Shown: positions 16,913 through 27,005, numbered from the stretch's first letter. The stretch is 35,997 bases of DNA from an uncultured Sangeribacter sp. (GCA_964488855.1 CAZAWP010000001.1:1-35997), one strand, 5' to 3'. The notes: generated by a model from the letters alone, not told the origin. A program made the numbers and translations.

Positions 16913-17644
16913 CTATTTTTTGTCAGCCTCGGCAAACTCGCGCGCCTTGGCATTGAGTTCGGTGAGGGCTCGGTGTGTATCGCATTCGAGAACCGCCGTC
17001 TCCTTGGTGACATCACCGCCGGAGAGAAGACGTATTATCGAGTTACAGGCATCGCGCACCTCCTGAGCACTTATCTCCCTGCCACCGGTTCCGGCGGGGA
17101 ACAAATCCGGATACAGCCGCTGGAGGTAGATCTTGACCGAAATAAACCAGAGGAGGAGGGCGCGCAATTCCCAAGGTTTAATTTTTTTCGCCTTGGGAAC
17201 GAGTACCGACGCCATAGACCGGAGGTGTGACACCTCGCCGGTCAGTACAACCCCCTGATACCAGTTATCCGCCTCGATATAGGTCTTGAGTGGAACGTCG
17301 AAGAGTTCCGCATCCGGAGGAGTTCTCCCGGCAATGCGGTCAGGACGGCACGGGATAACCGGCGGTTCGTTGATCCATGCCACGGCATCGAGCCCGCCGG
17401 CAAGGTCGGTGGTGCTTATATCCCTGCGGGTGCCTGTCCTTAGTTCCTCGACGACCGCAATCTTGCCGGAATCGACGTAACCGCATAGTTTCAGCCCCGC
17501 CAGGACGAGGAAGACAATAAGAGGTTTATCCTCGTCGGGGATATTGTCATCGACCAATATCGAGCAGACCCGCTCCCACTGTTTCTGTGTAAGCTGGTGC
17601 CATCCGGAGGGAACGGTAACAGCGAGTATGTTATCTTTTACCAT
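16913..17644 (-). CDS. Hypothetical phage protein (possible tail assembly chaperone)
   Basis: 243 aa; N-terminal VP.GW..LT and C-terminal LSGGDVTK motifs of Bacteroidetes prophage late genes. Confidence 0.6.
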   Translation of the reverse strand: MVKDNILAVTVPSGWHQLTQKQWERVCSILVDDNIPDEDKPLIVFLVLAGLKLCGYVDSGKIAVVEELRTGTRRDISTTDLAGGLDAVAWINEPPVIPCRPDRIAGRTPPDAELFDVPLKTYIEADNWYQGVVLTGEVSHLRSMASVLVPKAKKIKPWELRALLLWFISVKIYLQRLYPDLFPAGTGGREISAQEVRDACNSIIRLLSGGDVTKETAVLECDTHRALTELNAKAREFAEADKK

Positions 17645-17654
17645 GGTAAAAAAT

Positions 17655-18473
17655 TTAAAAGAAATATCCGCCGGAGTTCTGACGGTTACGGTAATACACC
17701 GGATTCACAAAACGGCGGCAAGTGGTGGAGTTGTGCCACTCGGGGAAGACCCCCGGGTTATTCTTGATAATATCGAGCAGAGAGTAGACCACCGACTGAG
17801 CGGGGAACTTGCCCGACTTGCGCCACCCGGTGATGACTGTCCGGATATGCTCCGCCATCACTCCCCTACCCGGTTTGTCTTCCGGATCCACGCCCGCCTC
17901 GTATGCCAAGGCGGTCATTAACTCATGAGAGAAATAATCACCGCCGAGGATGGTTTCGCATAGCTTATAATCCGGCAGCCGGTCAAAGTAATCATCGAGG
18001 GGAGTCCCCACCTGTATGAGGTCAGGTTTCCAAAACAGTGAGGACACAAACTTTTTGGCCGCCGGTGTCTGTTTCCACCCATCGACGAGGATAAGGCGAT
18101 CAAGAATCGAATTTACCGCACCATTCTCGGTATCTGCCAGCGAGCGCATGAGAGCCTCGGTGCGTTGCGCCGATGCCGGCGACATCTGGTCGGAGTCGTG
18201 GACGGCAAACCCCGCCGGGGTCAGGATAATATCGAGAGCCGGCAATGCCTGACGGAGGGCGCGCGCCGCAATAAAAACCCTCATGGTCTTCAGGAGCGGT
18301 TCCGGGAGGGTGTCCACGACTTCACGAGGACACAGGTTGTCGAGGAGGTAACCTGTGGCAGTGTCGATATAGGTCGCCGTCTTATCGAAGACCGAGGTCT
18401 CGCCGATGGACGGTGTGATCACATTGGGAAGCAGAAAGGTAAAATCTGCGGGGGTGACAAGTAAACAGGTCAT
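17655..18473 (-). CDS. Putative head-tail adaptor (DUF6712-like)
   Basis: 272 aa; LP.LD..LTP.GFAV...PAS and C-terminal YRN......GYFF motifs. Confidence 0.55.
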   Translation of the reverse strand: MTCLLVTPADFTFLLPNVITPSIGETSVFDKTATYIDTATGYLLDNLCPREVVDTLPEPLLKTMRVFIAARALRQALPALDIILTPAGFAVHDSDQMSPASAQRTEALMRSLADTENGAVNSILDRLILVDGWKQTPAAKKFVSSLFWKPDLIQVGTPLDDYFDRLPDYKLCETILGGDYFSHELMTALAYEAGVDPEDKPGRGVMAEHIRTVITGWRKSGKFPAQSVVYSLLDIIKNNPGVFPEWHNSTTCRRFVNPVYYRNRQNSGGYFF

Positions 18474-18700
18474 AAATAAACTTCTATTTGGTTAATCGAA
18501 TGTATCAGGACATCACGCATACAGCGTATCTGACCCGAAGACTTGCATTTTATACGGCGGGTCCCGGCCTCGCGGTCATACTTGAGGGGGACGGCATCCG
18601 GAACCCGGATGATCTTCCCCTCCTTGGTCCAGAAGACGAGGTCTATAAGCTCGTGGCGGTCCAGGATCTCACGGGCCTGACTGATGTGCATGGAGGTCAT
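18470..18700 (-). CDS. Hypothetical phage protein (76 aa)
   Basis: 4-nt start/stop overlaps with both neighbours. Confidence 0.65.
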   Translation of the reverse strand: MTSMHISQAREILDRHELIDLVFWTKEGKIIRVPDAVPLKYDREAGTRRIKCKSSGQIRCMRDVLIHSINQIEVYL

Positions 18701-19731
18701 AGGAACACGGTATTAAAGGTGTCGTTAAAGACACTGTTAGAATCCGGATTGCCTCCGATGGAGTCCCGGCGCTCGCGGTATGTGAGCTGCACGGTTATGT
18801 ACTCGGTGGAGTCATCGGAATACTCAGCCTCAAAAGATACGGGGACAATCTCGCGGAAATTCCGCATACCTTCGGGCGACAGGTCGTCGGCTATGCTGAT
18901 GATGCCCTGAGTGGTGGCATATCGTAGCGTCTGAAGATGTGCCTCATCCGGAACCTCAAGCATGAGTACGCCGGTGGTTTCATCCTTTTGGGATACCGGC
19001 AGACGGTAGCCGGCAACGGTGGCAACGTCTCCGGAGGTCTTGAGCTTGGCAAGATCGTAACCGTACAAATAGAGGATCTCACGGACACCGAAGGGATTTG
19101 TTACCATGAGGGCGACATCGAGCATGTCGGAGAACCAGTATGAGCGTCGCCGCTCCCCGTCGGTAATGACCGCGTATGCCGGATTCTTTGCAGCCGGTCC
19201 ACTCCCGGAGAAGTCTATCTCTACGGTAGGTATACCCCGGTATAGATACAGATCTTCACCCTCCCCGATTTTAATACCTTTCCGGTTACCGTCGGCATAA
19301 TTGATTACCATGGCGGGGCATGTATTCAGAGGAAACATAGACAGGTAATCGAAACCACCCGGGGGGATTTCCTTATCCTCGATGAGAGAGAGGAAATTTT
19401 CGTTTAACCATCCTTCCCCTCCCTGCTCGATATGCACGGAGGATCTCAAAACCTCAAGATCTACACCGGCGCTCTCAGAACCGACACGAAAACGGATCTC
19501 CAGCCTTTCACGGGCGCGGTCACGCACCTCAAGCATTGCCACGATCAATTCGCGGATGTCAAGGTCAATGGCACCATTATAGAGATAAACCTGCCGGGAA
19601 ACGCTTTTGTCATCGCCGGTGGTAACTGTCATCACTACAGACGAGCGATCAGAGACGAGGTGTATTACCGGGATCTCAGGGACCGTGAATATACGGTCAT
19701 GTATGTCGGGGAAATTGGTTATCTGTATCAT
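18697..19731 (-). CDS. Hypothetical virion protein
   Basis: 344 aa, directly downstream of a late-promoter motif; ends VFNDTFNTVF. Confidence 0.65.
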   Translation of the reverse strand: MIQITNFPDIHDRIFTVPEIPVIHLVSDRSSVVMTVTTGDDKSVSRQVYLYNGAIDLDIRELIVAMLEVRDRARERLEIRFRVGSESAGVDLEVLRSSVHIEQGGEGWLNENFLSLIEDKEIPPGGFDYLSMFPLNTCPAMVINYADGNRKGIKIGEGEDLYLYRGIPTVEIDFSGSGPAAKNPAYAVITDGERRRSYWFSDMLDVALMVTNPFGVREILYLYGYDLAKLKTSGDVATVAGYRLPVSQKDETTGVLMLEVPDEAHLQTLRYATTQGIISIADDLSPEGMRNFREIVPVSFEAEYSDDSTEYITVQLTYRERRDSIGGNPDSNSVFNDTFNTVFL

Positions 19732-19770
19732 GGCTGCAAGATAATATTAAGCGTATCCAATAAAAAAGAC
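19732..19770 (-). promoter_or_regulatory. Phage late-promoter motif
   Basis: GTCTTTTTTATTGGATACGCTTAATATTATCTTGCAGCC-ATG; close match to 26545-26583. Confidence 0.6.
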
Positions 19771-19774
19771 AGCA

Positions 19775-21391
19775 TCAGCCGAAGGAGGGCACGAACGGGA
19801 CCACTGTTGCGGCGGGTTGTGTAAGGCAGCCGATGGCGAGGGTGTCAAAGGCATCGGTAATATCGGTGCGGTGCTCCAACAGTGACTCCTCGGTCTCGGG
19901 TTTCTTCTCCTTGCTCTTATCCTTCTTGAAACCATTGCGGCCACGCTCTACCTCGGCGCGCTGCATGGCTATGATCAGGGCATCGCAGCCGATACGGTTG
20001 AAGTACGGTGTCAGGGATTGACGGGACTGGAATGCCTCGTTGATTAATAGATATTTCTGGTGGTGCTGCATCGGCACACCGAGGTAGACCTGTCGGACGG
20101 TCCACCCGTGGCGCTTGAAGGCTGTCATGATGATGGAGTGAGGTGTCGAGTTATTGTAAGAGTTGCGCCCCAATGCCGTGGCATCGTAATAGAAGATTAC
20201 GGTCTTATTGCGGTGGTGACGGTAATACTTGCAAAAATCGGCTATAAGTTCCGGTAATTTGCGGTCAAACTTGACAAAGAATGCACGCAGCACGTTTAAC
20301 CGCGAATTGAGGGAGTCGGGTTGTCCGGACACCAGACAGTTTATATTTGCATTGTAGTCCATGCCGATACATATCGGTTTATCCGGATTGACATCAGAGT
20401 CGGCGCGCGAATCATCCACGCCGGAGACGAGACCCTGCATGAAGCGCTCCTCAAGATACGACACATCGGAGGCATCATAAAAAAGGGACTCCCGGAGTGT
20501 CGAATAAAAACCGTCGCGGGCTATACCAATACGCTTGCATAATATCGAGGTCTGAAAGGTCTTGGGAGTCAAATCCCGTTTCATCTGCCGGATGTAATCC
20601 TCCCCAAGGAGCTGGAGGTTCTCGATGGTCGAGAACTCGGCGTAAAAGGTGGCAAGAGAGCGCATCTGATTGAGCCGGAGGTCGTGTGCCTTGATACGTC
20701 TCAACAGTTCGGGGGTCGGTCGCTCCTTGTACAGTTGTGCCAGTCTCCACTCCTCGTATACGGTCGCCTTGATCATGTCGATTAGTTCCGGGTTCATGTC
20801 ATCGGCATAACGTAGGAACCACGACCCGCGCTGTGTCTGCGGCATATCGGATAGAATGAGCTTGGAGTTCCAGCATGATTTGTTCTCAAAGAAGGCACGC
20901 GAACCACCCAGCGCCGGAAAGGTCTCGTTATGGAGCTTCTCATAGTCGATAAAGCGTGCCTCGTCGATGAGGAGCCACGACAGTGTCAGGGAGTTGGCGG
21001 CATACGGGCGATCCTGCGAGAGCATGATGGCGACCGAACCATTCCAGAAGGATATTACATGCTCGTTAGCCTGAGGGGGTACGTATGGTGTGGCAAAATC
21101 CGCCGGCGGTTTCTGACCGATGACATAATGCAGATCCTTTTTGTATCCCATCCCGTCGAGTGCTGCCACCACCCCGGGGATGGTGTTTGTCAGACCGTGT
21201 TTGAAGGTAGGCACGACGATGCCACCCGAGGAGCGGGGCATACGTGTCACCATCCTCAGGACATACGGCGCCGATATGCCGTGTGTCTTGCCGGTTCGGC
21301 GACCTGCCACGATCACGGTGTTACGCGCTGCTATGAGCTGTGTGAGCTGCTGCACGCGGTTAAAGTACAGTTGGCGGGGTGGCTGATTCAT
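19775..21391 (-). CDS. terL: Terminase large subunit
   Basis: Walker A AGRRTGKT, Walker B WLLIDEA, nuclease CIGMDYN and C-terminal TDITDAFD. Confidence 0.9.
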   Translation of the reverse strand: MNQPPRQLYFNRVQQLTQLIAARNTVIVAGRRTGKTHGISAPYVLRMVTRMPRSSGGIVVPTFKHGLTNTIPGVVAALDGMGYKKDLHYVIGQKPPADFATPYVPPQANEHVISFWNGSVAIMLSQDRPYAANSLTLSWLLIDEARFIDYEKLHNETFPALGGSRAFFENKSCWNSKLILSDMPQTQRGSWFLRYADDMNPELIDMIKATVYEEWRLAQLYKERPTPELLRRIKAHDLRLNQMRSLATFYAEFSTIENLQLLGEDYIRQMKRDLTPKTFQTSILCKRIGIARDGFYSTLRESLFYDASDVSYLEERFMQGLVSGVDDSRADSDVNPDKPICIGMDYNANINCLVSGQPDSLNSRLNVLRAFFVKFDRKLPELIADFCKYYRHHRNKTVIFYYDATALGRNSYNNSTPHSIIMTAFKRHGWTVRQVYLGVPMQHHQKYLLINEAFQSRQSLTPYFNRIGCDALIIAMQRAEVERGRNGFKKDKSKEKKPETEESLLEHRTDITDAFDTLAIGCLTQPAATVVPFVPSFG

Positions 21392-21983
21392 CTTTTATCA
21401 ATTGTTCGACATCTATATCCTCAAACTCCACGATCTCGGCACCGGTAGACTCCTTGGAGAGCTCCTCGAGCAATTTCTTTTGACGAGCCTCAAGGTTCTT
21501 TATAGGCTCGATACCGAGCACACGCGGGTCCATGGTCGGCACGAAAGGTTGCACCATGATGGCGCGGAAGAGCTCCTCACGGTCTGCATTCTCCTCCTTC
21601 TCAAGCGAGTTATAACGGGCGTAGGCAGCGGCAGCGTTTGCCATCTCCTTAAAATTTCCCTTCTCCTTGGCGCGGTTGTAGGTCTCCAATATCATCTCGT
21701 TAAAGCGCCACTGGTGAAACTCCTTGGAAGATTTGCCAAGAGTCGGCAGCAGCGCCTTGAGGATATGAAGCTCGCTATATGCCACGGGGCGCGACATAGA
21801 GAACCGGTTTAAATGCTCGGCGACAAAATCTTTGTCGGACACCGTAGGGTTGGCGATAATGTATTGGTGCATCTCGCGTACCCTCATGATCTTGCCGACC
21901 ATGGGTGCCGGATACTTGGTCTGAAGATCCTTTATGTCGGTATACAGGTCGAGGGAGCATGCCTCCAGTCCGGAGATATTCAT
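21360..21983 (-). CDS. Putative terminase small subunit
   Basis: 207 aa, helical, directly upstream of and overlapping terL. Confidence 0.5.
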   Translation of the reverse strand: MNISGLEACSLDLYTDIKDLQTKYPAPMVGKIMRVREMHQYIIANPTVSDKDFVAEHLNRFSMSRPVAYSELHILKALLPTLGKSSKEFHQWRFNEMILETYNRAKEKGNFKEMANAAAAYARYNSLEKEENADREELFRAIMVQPFVPTMDPRVLGIEPIKNLEARQKKLLEELSKESTGAEIVEFEDIDVEQLIKDESATPPTVL

Positions 21984-23287
21984 AGTGTCGAGGTTTCTAC
22001 GTCCTTATGTTTGTCGAGGGTGGTAAGCTGGATGATTGGTATCTCGGGCACGACACCGGACCAGCGGTTGAACCGGCACAATATCCGGAAGGGTCGGAGC
22101 AATATGTCATGATACGGGCGCTGCATGGCTTGCCCGATGGTAAAGAGCTCGCGTTTGTCAGATCCGGAGTTGTTGGACTGCGATTTGCCGGGGACGGAGC
22201 CGACGAGGTTCGGGTGAACCCTCATGACAAAGCAGATCATATTTACCGCCTCCTGAATATCGGTGGACCAGTCTCCACCCTCCTTGCTCCCCTCGATACG
22301 TGTAATCCGGATGTCATGTGTCTCGCGACCGTCGGGGGTGACATAGAATTGCGAAAACCAGACCTTGCCGGAGTTCTCGGCACCGGTGACAAAGTCGATG
22401 ATATTCTTTTTCTCCTCTGTCATCACCTTGCGCTGGTCGTCGATGCCGGTTATGCCGCGGATGTCAAACAGCTGCTCCCAGTAGTGCTCTGAAATCTCGA
22501 TATGATATTTTATAGGGGCGGAGTTGCGAAGCTTCGCCTCCTTGGCTATCGAGATGAGCTGTTTGATGTCATACCATTTGTCAAGAAATAGAGACCCGTA
22601 CCCCGGTATCGGGTAATAGGTGGAGTCAGCCTTAGGCATCCGGCAGACCATGGCAAAGCGACCGTCCTGCATCTTGGCTCGTTCCGACAGGTCGGAGAAG
22701 GTACCATCCGGAGACAGAAGGGGCAAGACCTCAACCTCGTCAATGCTTGCCGGGGTGCCGCGTCGCCAATCAGCATAAAAGATATGGCGGATCCTGCCGG
22801 AGTCGTCGGACTTCTCAAAACGGCAATAAAGAGGCTCGCGGCGCTCGACAGAGACTATACGGCCACCCACAACACAAAACACCACGACGGCAAAGTTCCA
22901 ATATCGGAAGTCGGTGCATAATCCCATAAAGAGTTGTCCGAGGTCGCAATCGAGGGTGAAGGTATCTACACTTTCACGCACATGCAGCGGGGTAGCCGAG
23001 ACATCGAACTTCAGGCCGCCGGCATAACACAGCTCGGACGAGACATCCTGACACGCCGACATGGTGCCGTCGCGGTCAATGAGTTCAAGTATCCGATAAG
23101 GCATCTGATTGTCGGCACCCCAGGGCATATATAGATACTCCCCGACGGGCAACCCGGAGAGTTCCTTATCCTCCCTGAAGACCTTGTCTGCTGACCGGTA
23201 TGTAATCAGGGCGAGGCCTCCCTTGCCGGGAATGTCCAATATCTCGGGACTCATGGCAAACCGGTTTTTAATCTTCATCTCTTCCAT
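21980..23287 (-). CDS. Portal protein
   Basis: YMPWG.DN..P, YYP.P.Y, FVTGAENSGK and VHPNLVG motifs of PBSX-like portals; probable start 23287. Confidence 0.8.
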   Translation of the reverse strand: MEEMKIKNRFAMSPEILDIPGKGGLALITYRSADKVFREDKELSGLPVGEYLYMPWGADNQMPYRILELIDRDGTMSACQDVSSELCYAGGLKFDVSATPLHVRESVDTFTLDCDLGQLFMGLCTDFRYWNFAVVVFCVVGGRIVSVERREPLYCRFEKSDDSGRIRHIFYADWRRGTPASIDEVEVLPLLSPDGTFSDLSERAKMQDGRFAMVCRMPKADSTYYPIPGYGSLFLDKWYDIKQLISIAKEAKLRNSAPIKYHIEISEHYWEQLFDIRGITGIDDQRKVMTEEKKNIIDFVTGAENSGKVWFSQFYVTPDGRETHDIRITRIEGSKEGGDWSTDIQEAVNMICFVMRVHPNLVGSVPGKSQSNNSGSDKRELFTIGQAMQRPYHDILLRPFRILCRFNRWSGVVPEIPIIQLTTLDKHKDVETSTL

Positions 23288-23789
23288 AGGTGTCGTATTT
23301 CTTCCAGTTGGCACGATACTTCTTGTCGGTGGCTGCCAGCAGCTCGGTTAATTCGCAAAAATCGGCGGCAGCACATGAGGTGTTTTTGCGCGCCAGCACC
23401 ATCAATTCAGCATGATAGTTGCGCATTTTGGCACGAAGGTCAGCCTGCTCGACATATATCGCCTTGACCTCCTCGGGGAGGGTGTCATGGTCGGCACGTT
23501 TGCCGGTGGTATAGCTCTCATCGGCACCGTGGTTATATTTGCCGGCGATACGCTCGACCTTCTTTGCTGCCTGCTGCTTGAGGCGTGCCTGATCCGGAGC
23601 AGTCCGGAAATTAAAATATTTCTTGAGCTGGCGGGTGATAAACTCGCGGTGACGCTCAAGGTCACGACATAGCATGTCGTACTGGATGCGGTTGCGGGTG
23701 AGCTGCAATAACAGCGCGGCACCGGCGGCAAGGTCGCGGTCTTCAGCCGGGGTCTCTATCCATTGGCGTAGGGTGTCGTTAAATTCCAT
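23268..23789 (-). CDS. Hypothetical phage protein
   Basis: Start MEFNDTLRQW (23789); GKRADHD.LP motif. Confidence 0.65.
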   Translation of the reverse strand: MEFNDTLRQWIETPAEDRDLAAGAALLLQLTRNRIQYDMLCRDLERHREFITRQLKKYFNFRTAPDQARLKQQAAKKVERIAGKYNHGADESYTTGKRADHDTLPEEVKAIYVEQADLRAKMRNYHAELMVLARKNTSCAAADFCELTELLAATDKKYRANWKKYDTYGRDED

Positions 23790-23801
23790 AGTCAGGGGAT
23801 T

Positions 23802-23849
23802 AAAAAAAAGAGGTTCCGGCTTCCCGGTCAAACGGGATACACCGGAACC
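23802..23849 (-). terminator. Intrinsic terminator after the capsid/tail-tube genes
   Basis: GGTTCCGG...TCCCG-loop-CGGGA..CCGGAACC followed by TC and T8. Confidence 0.75.
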
Positions 23850-23900
23850 ATCGAGGAGAGTAATAACAATAACAACAGCAATCGAAAAAGCAAACGCGGT

Positions 23901-24473
23901 TTATGCTGTCTCGGCGAGGTCGATCTCACCATCCTCGGTGACGATCTTGCCGTGATAGAAGGGGGCTGCCGTCGGCATGGTTACCTCGGCATTGATGGTG
24001 GTGGACACCGCCGATGTGGGAGAGTCGCCACAATCCTGAGCGACCGTACACTTGGAGATCAAATCCTCTGATCCTACCCAGCGGTATTCACCCGCCATGG
24101 TCGGCACAAGGAAATGACAGTTAGTGTTGTTGATATATGCCGATGATGCGGTAGCCTCGGCACCGACACCCGGATGGACAGCCACGAGCTTGACGAGCTG
24201 CGAAACTGAGGGGTATTCACCCTGCGAATCTGCCGAGAGTTTAGACTTCTCGGGCAAAATGTCGATATAACGCCATTTCTCATCAGCGGCGAGCTCGAAG
24301 GATCCGACAAGGTCGGCACCCGTCACGCGCCCCTCAGTATCGCGGGGATACTGAGGATATTTGACGATAGAGGAATCGGCGAGGTAATATATACGGCGGC
24401 GCATTCCGGGTGTCTGGGTTTTACCCTCACACCATCCCAGCGACTTCTGTATTCCTGAACATGTTTTAGACAT
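23901..24473 (-). CDS. Putative major tail tube protein
   Basis: 190 aa directly after the major capsid gene; N-terminal C...C.....PG motif, beta-rich. Confidence 0.55.
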   Translation of the reverse strand: MSKTCSGIQKSLGWCEGKTQTPGMRRRIYYLADSSIVKYPQYPRDTEGRVTGADLVGSFELAADEKWRYIDILPEKSKLSADSQGEYPSVSQLVKLVAVHPGVGAEATASSAYINNTNCHFLVPTMAGEYRWVGSEDLISKCTVAQDCGDSPTSAVSTTINAEVTMPTAAPFYHGKIVTEDGEIDLAETA

Positions 24474-24508
24474 AACACGAAATTTTAATTATTAAAAACC
24501 GGATTGAA

Positions 24509-25474
24509 TCACTCGCCGGGAAGCTCGACGAGGAAGAACTGCGAGGGGTCAAGGGTCTCGTAGTCGGTACCCCAGAAAGAGTCCATCTCGTATGTGAGGG
24601 TACGGGGTTCGTACTTATTGACATCGACGCGCTCCTGGTCAGACATCTGGTCGCAACCGATAAGCATTTCCTCTTTGGTGGCGATCTGAATAAACTTTGA
24701 CCCTGCCTTTGAGGGGAGGGGCACGAACTGCAAGCGCTTGTTTGAACCCTCGACGTAGTCCTGTTCAAACTTGCTGTTATACGAGATACCGCCGTGGGTG
24801 AGCATATAACTTTTGTTATAGGCGTCTACGATCTCCTGAGAACAGAACACATACGCCTGCTGAGCGCGGAGCTTGGGCGACAGTTTGGCGAGGATGTCAG
24901 TAAACACATCGTATGCGTTGTCAGCCGTGATCTCTTCGGTAAGTTTGAGGTAATTACCTTTGTCGGCTGAGATATTACCCGCCTTGATCTCGGTGGCTGC
25001 CACGGTATCCCAACCGTTAAATGCCTCCTTGGTGGTTTCACCGTCGGCATCATATTCGGAGTCGAAGAGATGGAGGAAGAGTTCCTCGCCGGCATTCTTG
25101 GCGATCAGTCCGAGCATCTCCTTTGCCGTGGGAGTGGTGGCGAGGGCATCGCCGCCGGCCTGAGCTGCACGGTGACCGATGATGGTCTGAATTGCCTCGT
25201 TGGGATCGAAGTCGAGGGTAATGAAGCTCGGGAATGTTTCGAGCGTACGGAAGTTGATGTTGAGGTTACCCTTCTTGCGTGCCTTTGAGGGGCTGAACTG
25301 TGCATTTGTCGAGGTCTTGCCTACGCGCTCCTTATATCGTACACCCAGACGGAGGGAGACGAAGGGGAACATGGCAGACAGACCATAGAAGGGGATGTGG
25401 ACGAACTCCTGGCGGTACTGGATGGCGGCATCCTTGAGGTCCTGGAGTGTCAGGTTTGTGGTGATTGATGACAT
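24509..25474 (-). CDS. Major capsid protein
   Basis: 321 aa directly after the protease/scaffold gene; FNGWDT motif and HK97-like size. Confidence 0.75.
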   Translation of the reverse strand: MSSITTNLTLQDLKDAAIQYRQEFVHIPFYGLSAMFPFVSLRLGVRYKERVGKTSTNAQFSPSKARKKGNLNINFRTLETFPSFITLDFDPNEAIQTIIGHRAAQAGGDALATTPTAKEMLGLIAKNAGEELFLHLFDSEYDADGETTKEAFNGWDTVAATEIKAGNISADKGNYLKLTEEITADNAYDVFTDILAKLSPKLRAQQAYVFCSQEIVDAYNKSYMLTHGGISYNSKFEQDYVEGSNKRLQFVPLPSKAGSKFIQIATKEEMLIGCDQMSDQERVDVNKYEPRTLTYEMDSFWGTDYETLDPSQFFLVELPGE

Positions 25475-25496
25475 AGAGGAGAGAAATTAAAATTGG

Positions 25497-25566
25497 TTTT
25501 ACGGAAGTTCACGTATTTCGCGAAATTTCACGGACTTTTACGGAACTTCACGGACTTTTACGGTAG
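25497..25566. repeat. ~7 copies of a ~10-bp repeat (TTYACGGAMY-like)
   Basis: ttttacggaa gttcacgtat ttcgcgaaat ttcacggact tttacggaac ttcacggact tttacggtag, between the protease stop and the capsid start. Confidence 0.8.
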
Positions 25567-26544
25567 TTTGTCAAAGAGCTCTTTTGAAGCAGCAAAGGTG
25601 TCAAGTCCTTTAGCGTTGGTGGCGGGTTTGGAACTGATGACCTGCTTGCGAGGTTTTGCGCCTTCAGCAGCTCCGTTATTTTCAGGGGTTGCAGATGTGT
25701 CACCGGCATCGGCTGCGGGTGAAGACAGGCGCTGTTCGAGGGCTGCCACTCGTTGCTCAAGAGAGGGAGTTTCCACTGCTGCTGCCTCAGGAGTCGTAAC
25801 AGCCTCGGGGACCGGTGCCGGGGTCGTTACCTCCTCGGAGGTTGTCTCGGGGGTTTTGGGTTCTTTGTCCATATTGAATTTTTTAAAGAATTTGGATAGC
25901 TCGTTTTTGACCGTGTCGATGATGCGGTCTACAGATCCGGTGCGGACTGCCGGGATTTTCGGCAGATCCATCGCCATACACAGTGCCTCGGCCTGTGCCT
26001 GCGTGATAGGTGCCGGCTCCCCGTCGGACTCGATGGCATCGACAAAACCCCACTCAAGAGCCTCCTCGGCGGTGATCCAGTCATCTTTTGCCATCAGCTT
26101 CAGGATCTCCTTTTCATCTTTGCCGGTCTTATTGACATAGACGGAGGCGATGACCTTGTCGAGATCCTCAAGGTGTGCGGCTGTCTTCTTGAGGTCTTTT
26201 ATAAACTTGTCGATCTCGGCGGCATTCATCAGGGAGAACACGTCGATGGTGTTTAAGGAGTTGTGGACGCAGAAGAAGCCGGCGGGGTCGATGGTGACCT
26301 TCTTGGCTCCGAGGGCTACTATGGTGGCAGCACTCGCATTGTATGACACGAGGTGTACCGACACATTACCATGGTTACGGAAACTATCCATGATACGGAG
26401 GGCAGACCCTGCATAGCCCCCAAGGGAGGCGATACGTACACACACCTCCTCGTCTTGATGCTGAGAGAGGATGTAATCGACATAATCGGGGTCGAAGTTG
26501 GAGTAACCGACAGTGCCGGTCAGGGTGAGGTGATACTGTTTCAT
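25558..26544 (-). CDS. Clp-type head maturation protease with C-terminal scaffold region
   Basis: IASLGG, NASAAT, CVHN and WITAEEALEWGFVD S14 peptidase motifs; start MKQYHL (ATG 26544). Confidence 0.9.
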   Translation of the reverse strand: MKQYHLTLTGTVGYSNFDPDYVDYILSQHQDEEVCVRIASLGGYAGSALRIMDSFRNHGNVSVHLVSYNASAATIVALGAKKVTIDPAGFFCVHNSLNTIDVFSLMNAAEIDKFIKDLKKTAAHLEDLDKVIASVYVNKTGKDEKEILKLMAKDDWITAEEALEWGFVDAIESDGEPAPITQAQAEALCMAMDLPKIPAVRTGSVDRIIDTVKNELSKFFKKFNMDKEPKTPETTSEEVTTPAPVPEAVTTPEAAAVETPSLEQRVAALEQRLSSPAADAGDTSATPENNGAAEGAKPRKQVISSKPATNAKGLDTFAASKELFDKLP

Positions 26545-26583
26545 ACCGCAAGTATAATAGCCGGTATCCAAAATAAAAAAGAC
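26545..26583 (-). promoter_or_regulatory. Phage late-promoter motif
   Basis: GTCTTTTTTATTTTGGATACCGGCTATTATACTTGCGGT-ATG. Confidence 0.6.
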
Positions 26584-26585
26584 TC

Positions 26586-27005
26586 TCAGACGATGATCAC
26601 CCTCTTGGGAGCGCCCTGCCAGTTCAACGAATATGAGGAGGCGGTGGCATCACCTGCCGGAGGATTTACCTCCTCCCCTCCCGTCACCTTGCACACCGGT
26701 GGAGTGACGGATCCGACCAGATAGCACACCCCGGAGACAAACTCCACCACAAACACCGGATGTTTATCCGCCGGCATGGGTACGTAGGTCTTGAAATTTA
26801 CGGAGCATGTATCGACCTGCCTGAATCCGTCGTAGTCCTTTGAGACCTTAAACGCCGAGCACTCGAACGCCCCGATATCCCGGAGCGATTTGCGCGTTAC
26901 ACGGTATATCAGTTTTGAACCGAAATAGGAGAAAGAAGTTTTATTTGGATCTGTCACCATCGAGATCCTTTTCACTCCCGGATAATTCTGCTGACTTGCA
27001 TTCAT
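26586..27005 (-). CDS. Hypothetical phage protein
   Basis: 139 aa, overlapping the upstream ORF. Confidence 0.6.
   Translation of the reverse strand: MNASQQNYPGVKRISMVTDPNKTSFSYFGSKLIYRVTRKSLRDIGAFECSAFKVSKDYDGFRQVDTCSVNFKTYVPMPADKHPVFVVEFVSGVCYLVGSVTPPVCKVTGGEEVNPPAGDATASSYSLNWQGAPKRVIIV

Noticed and set aside
16373-17230. 285-aa plus-strand ORF and other long antisense ORFs in the late region
   Set aside because: They fully overlap a coherent minus-strand operon and are expected from GC-rich codon usage.
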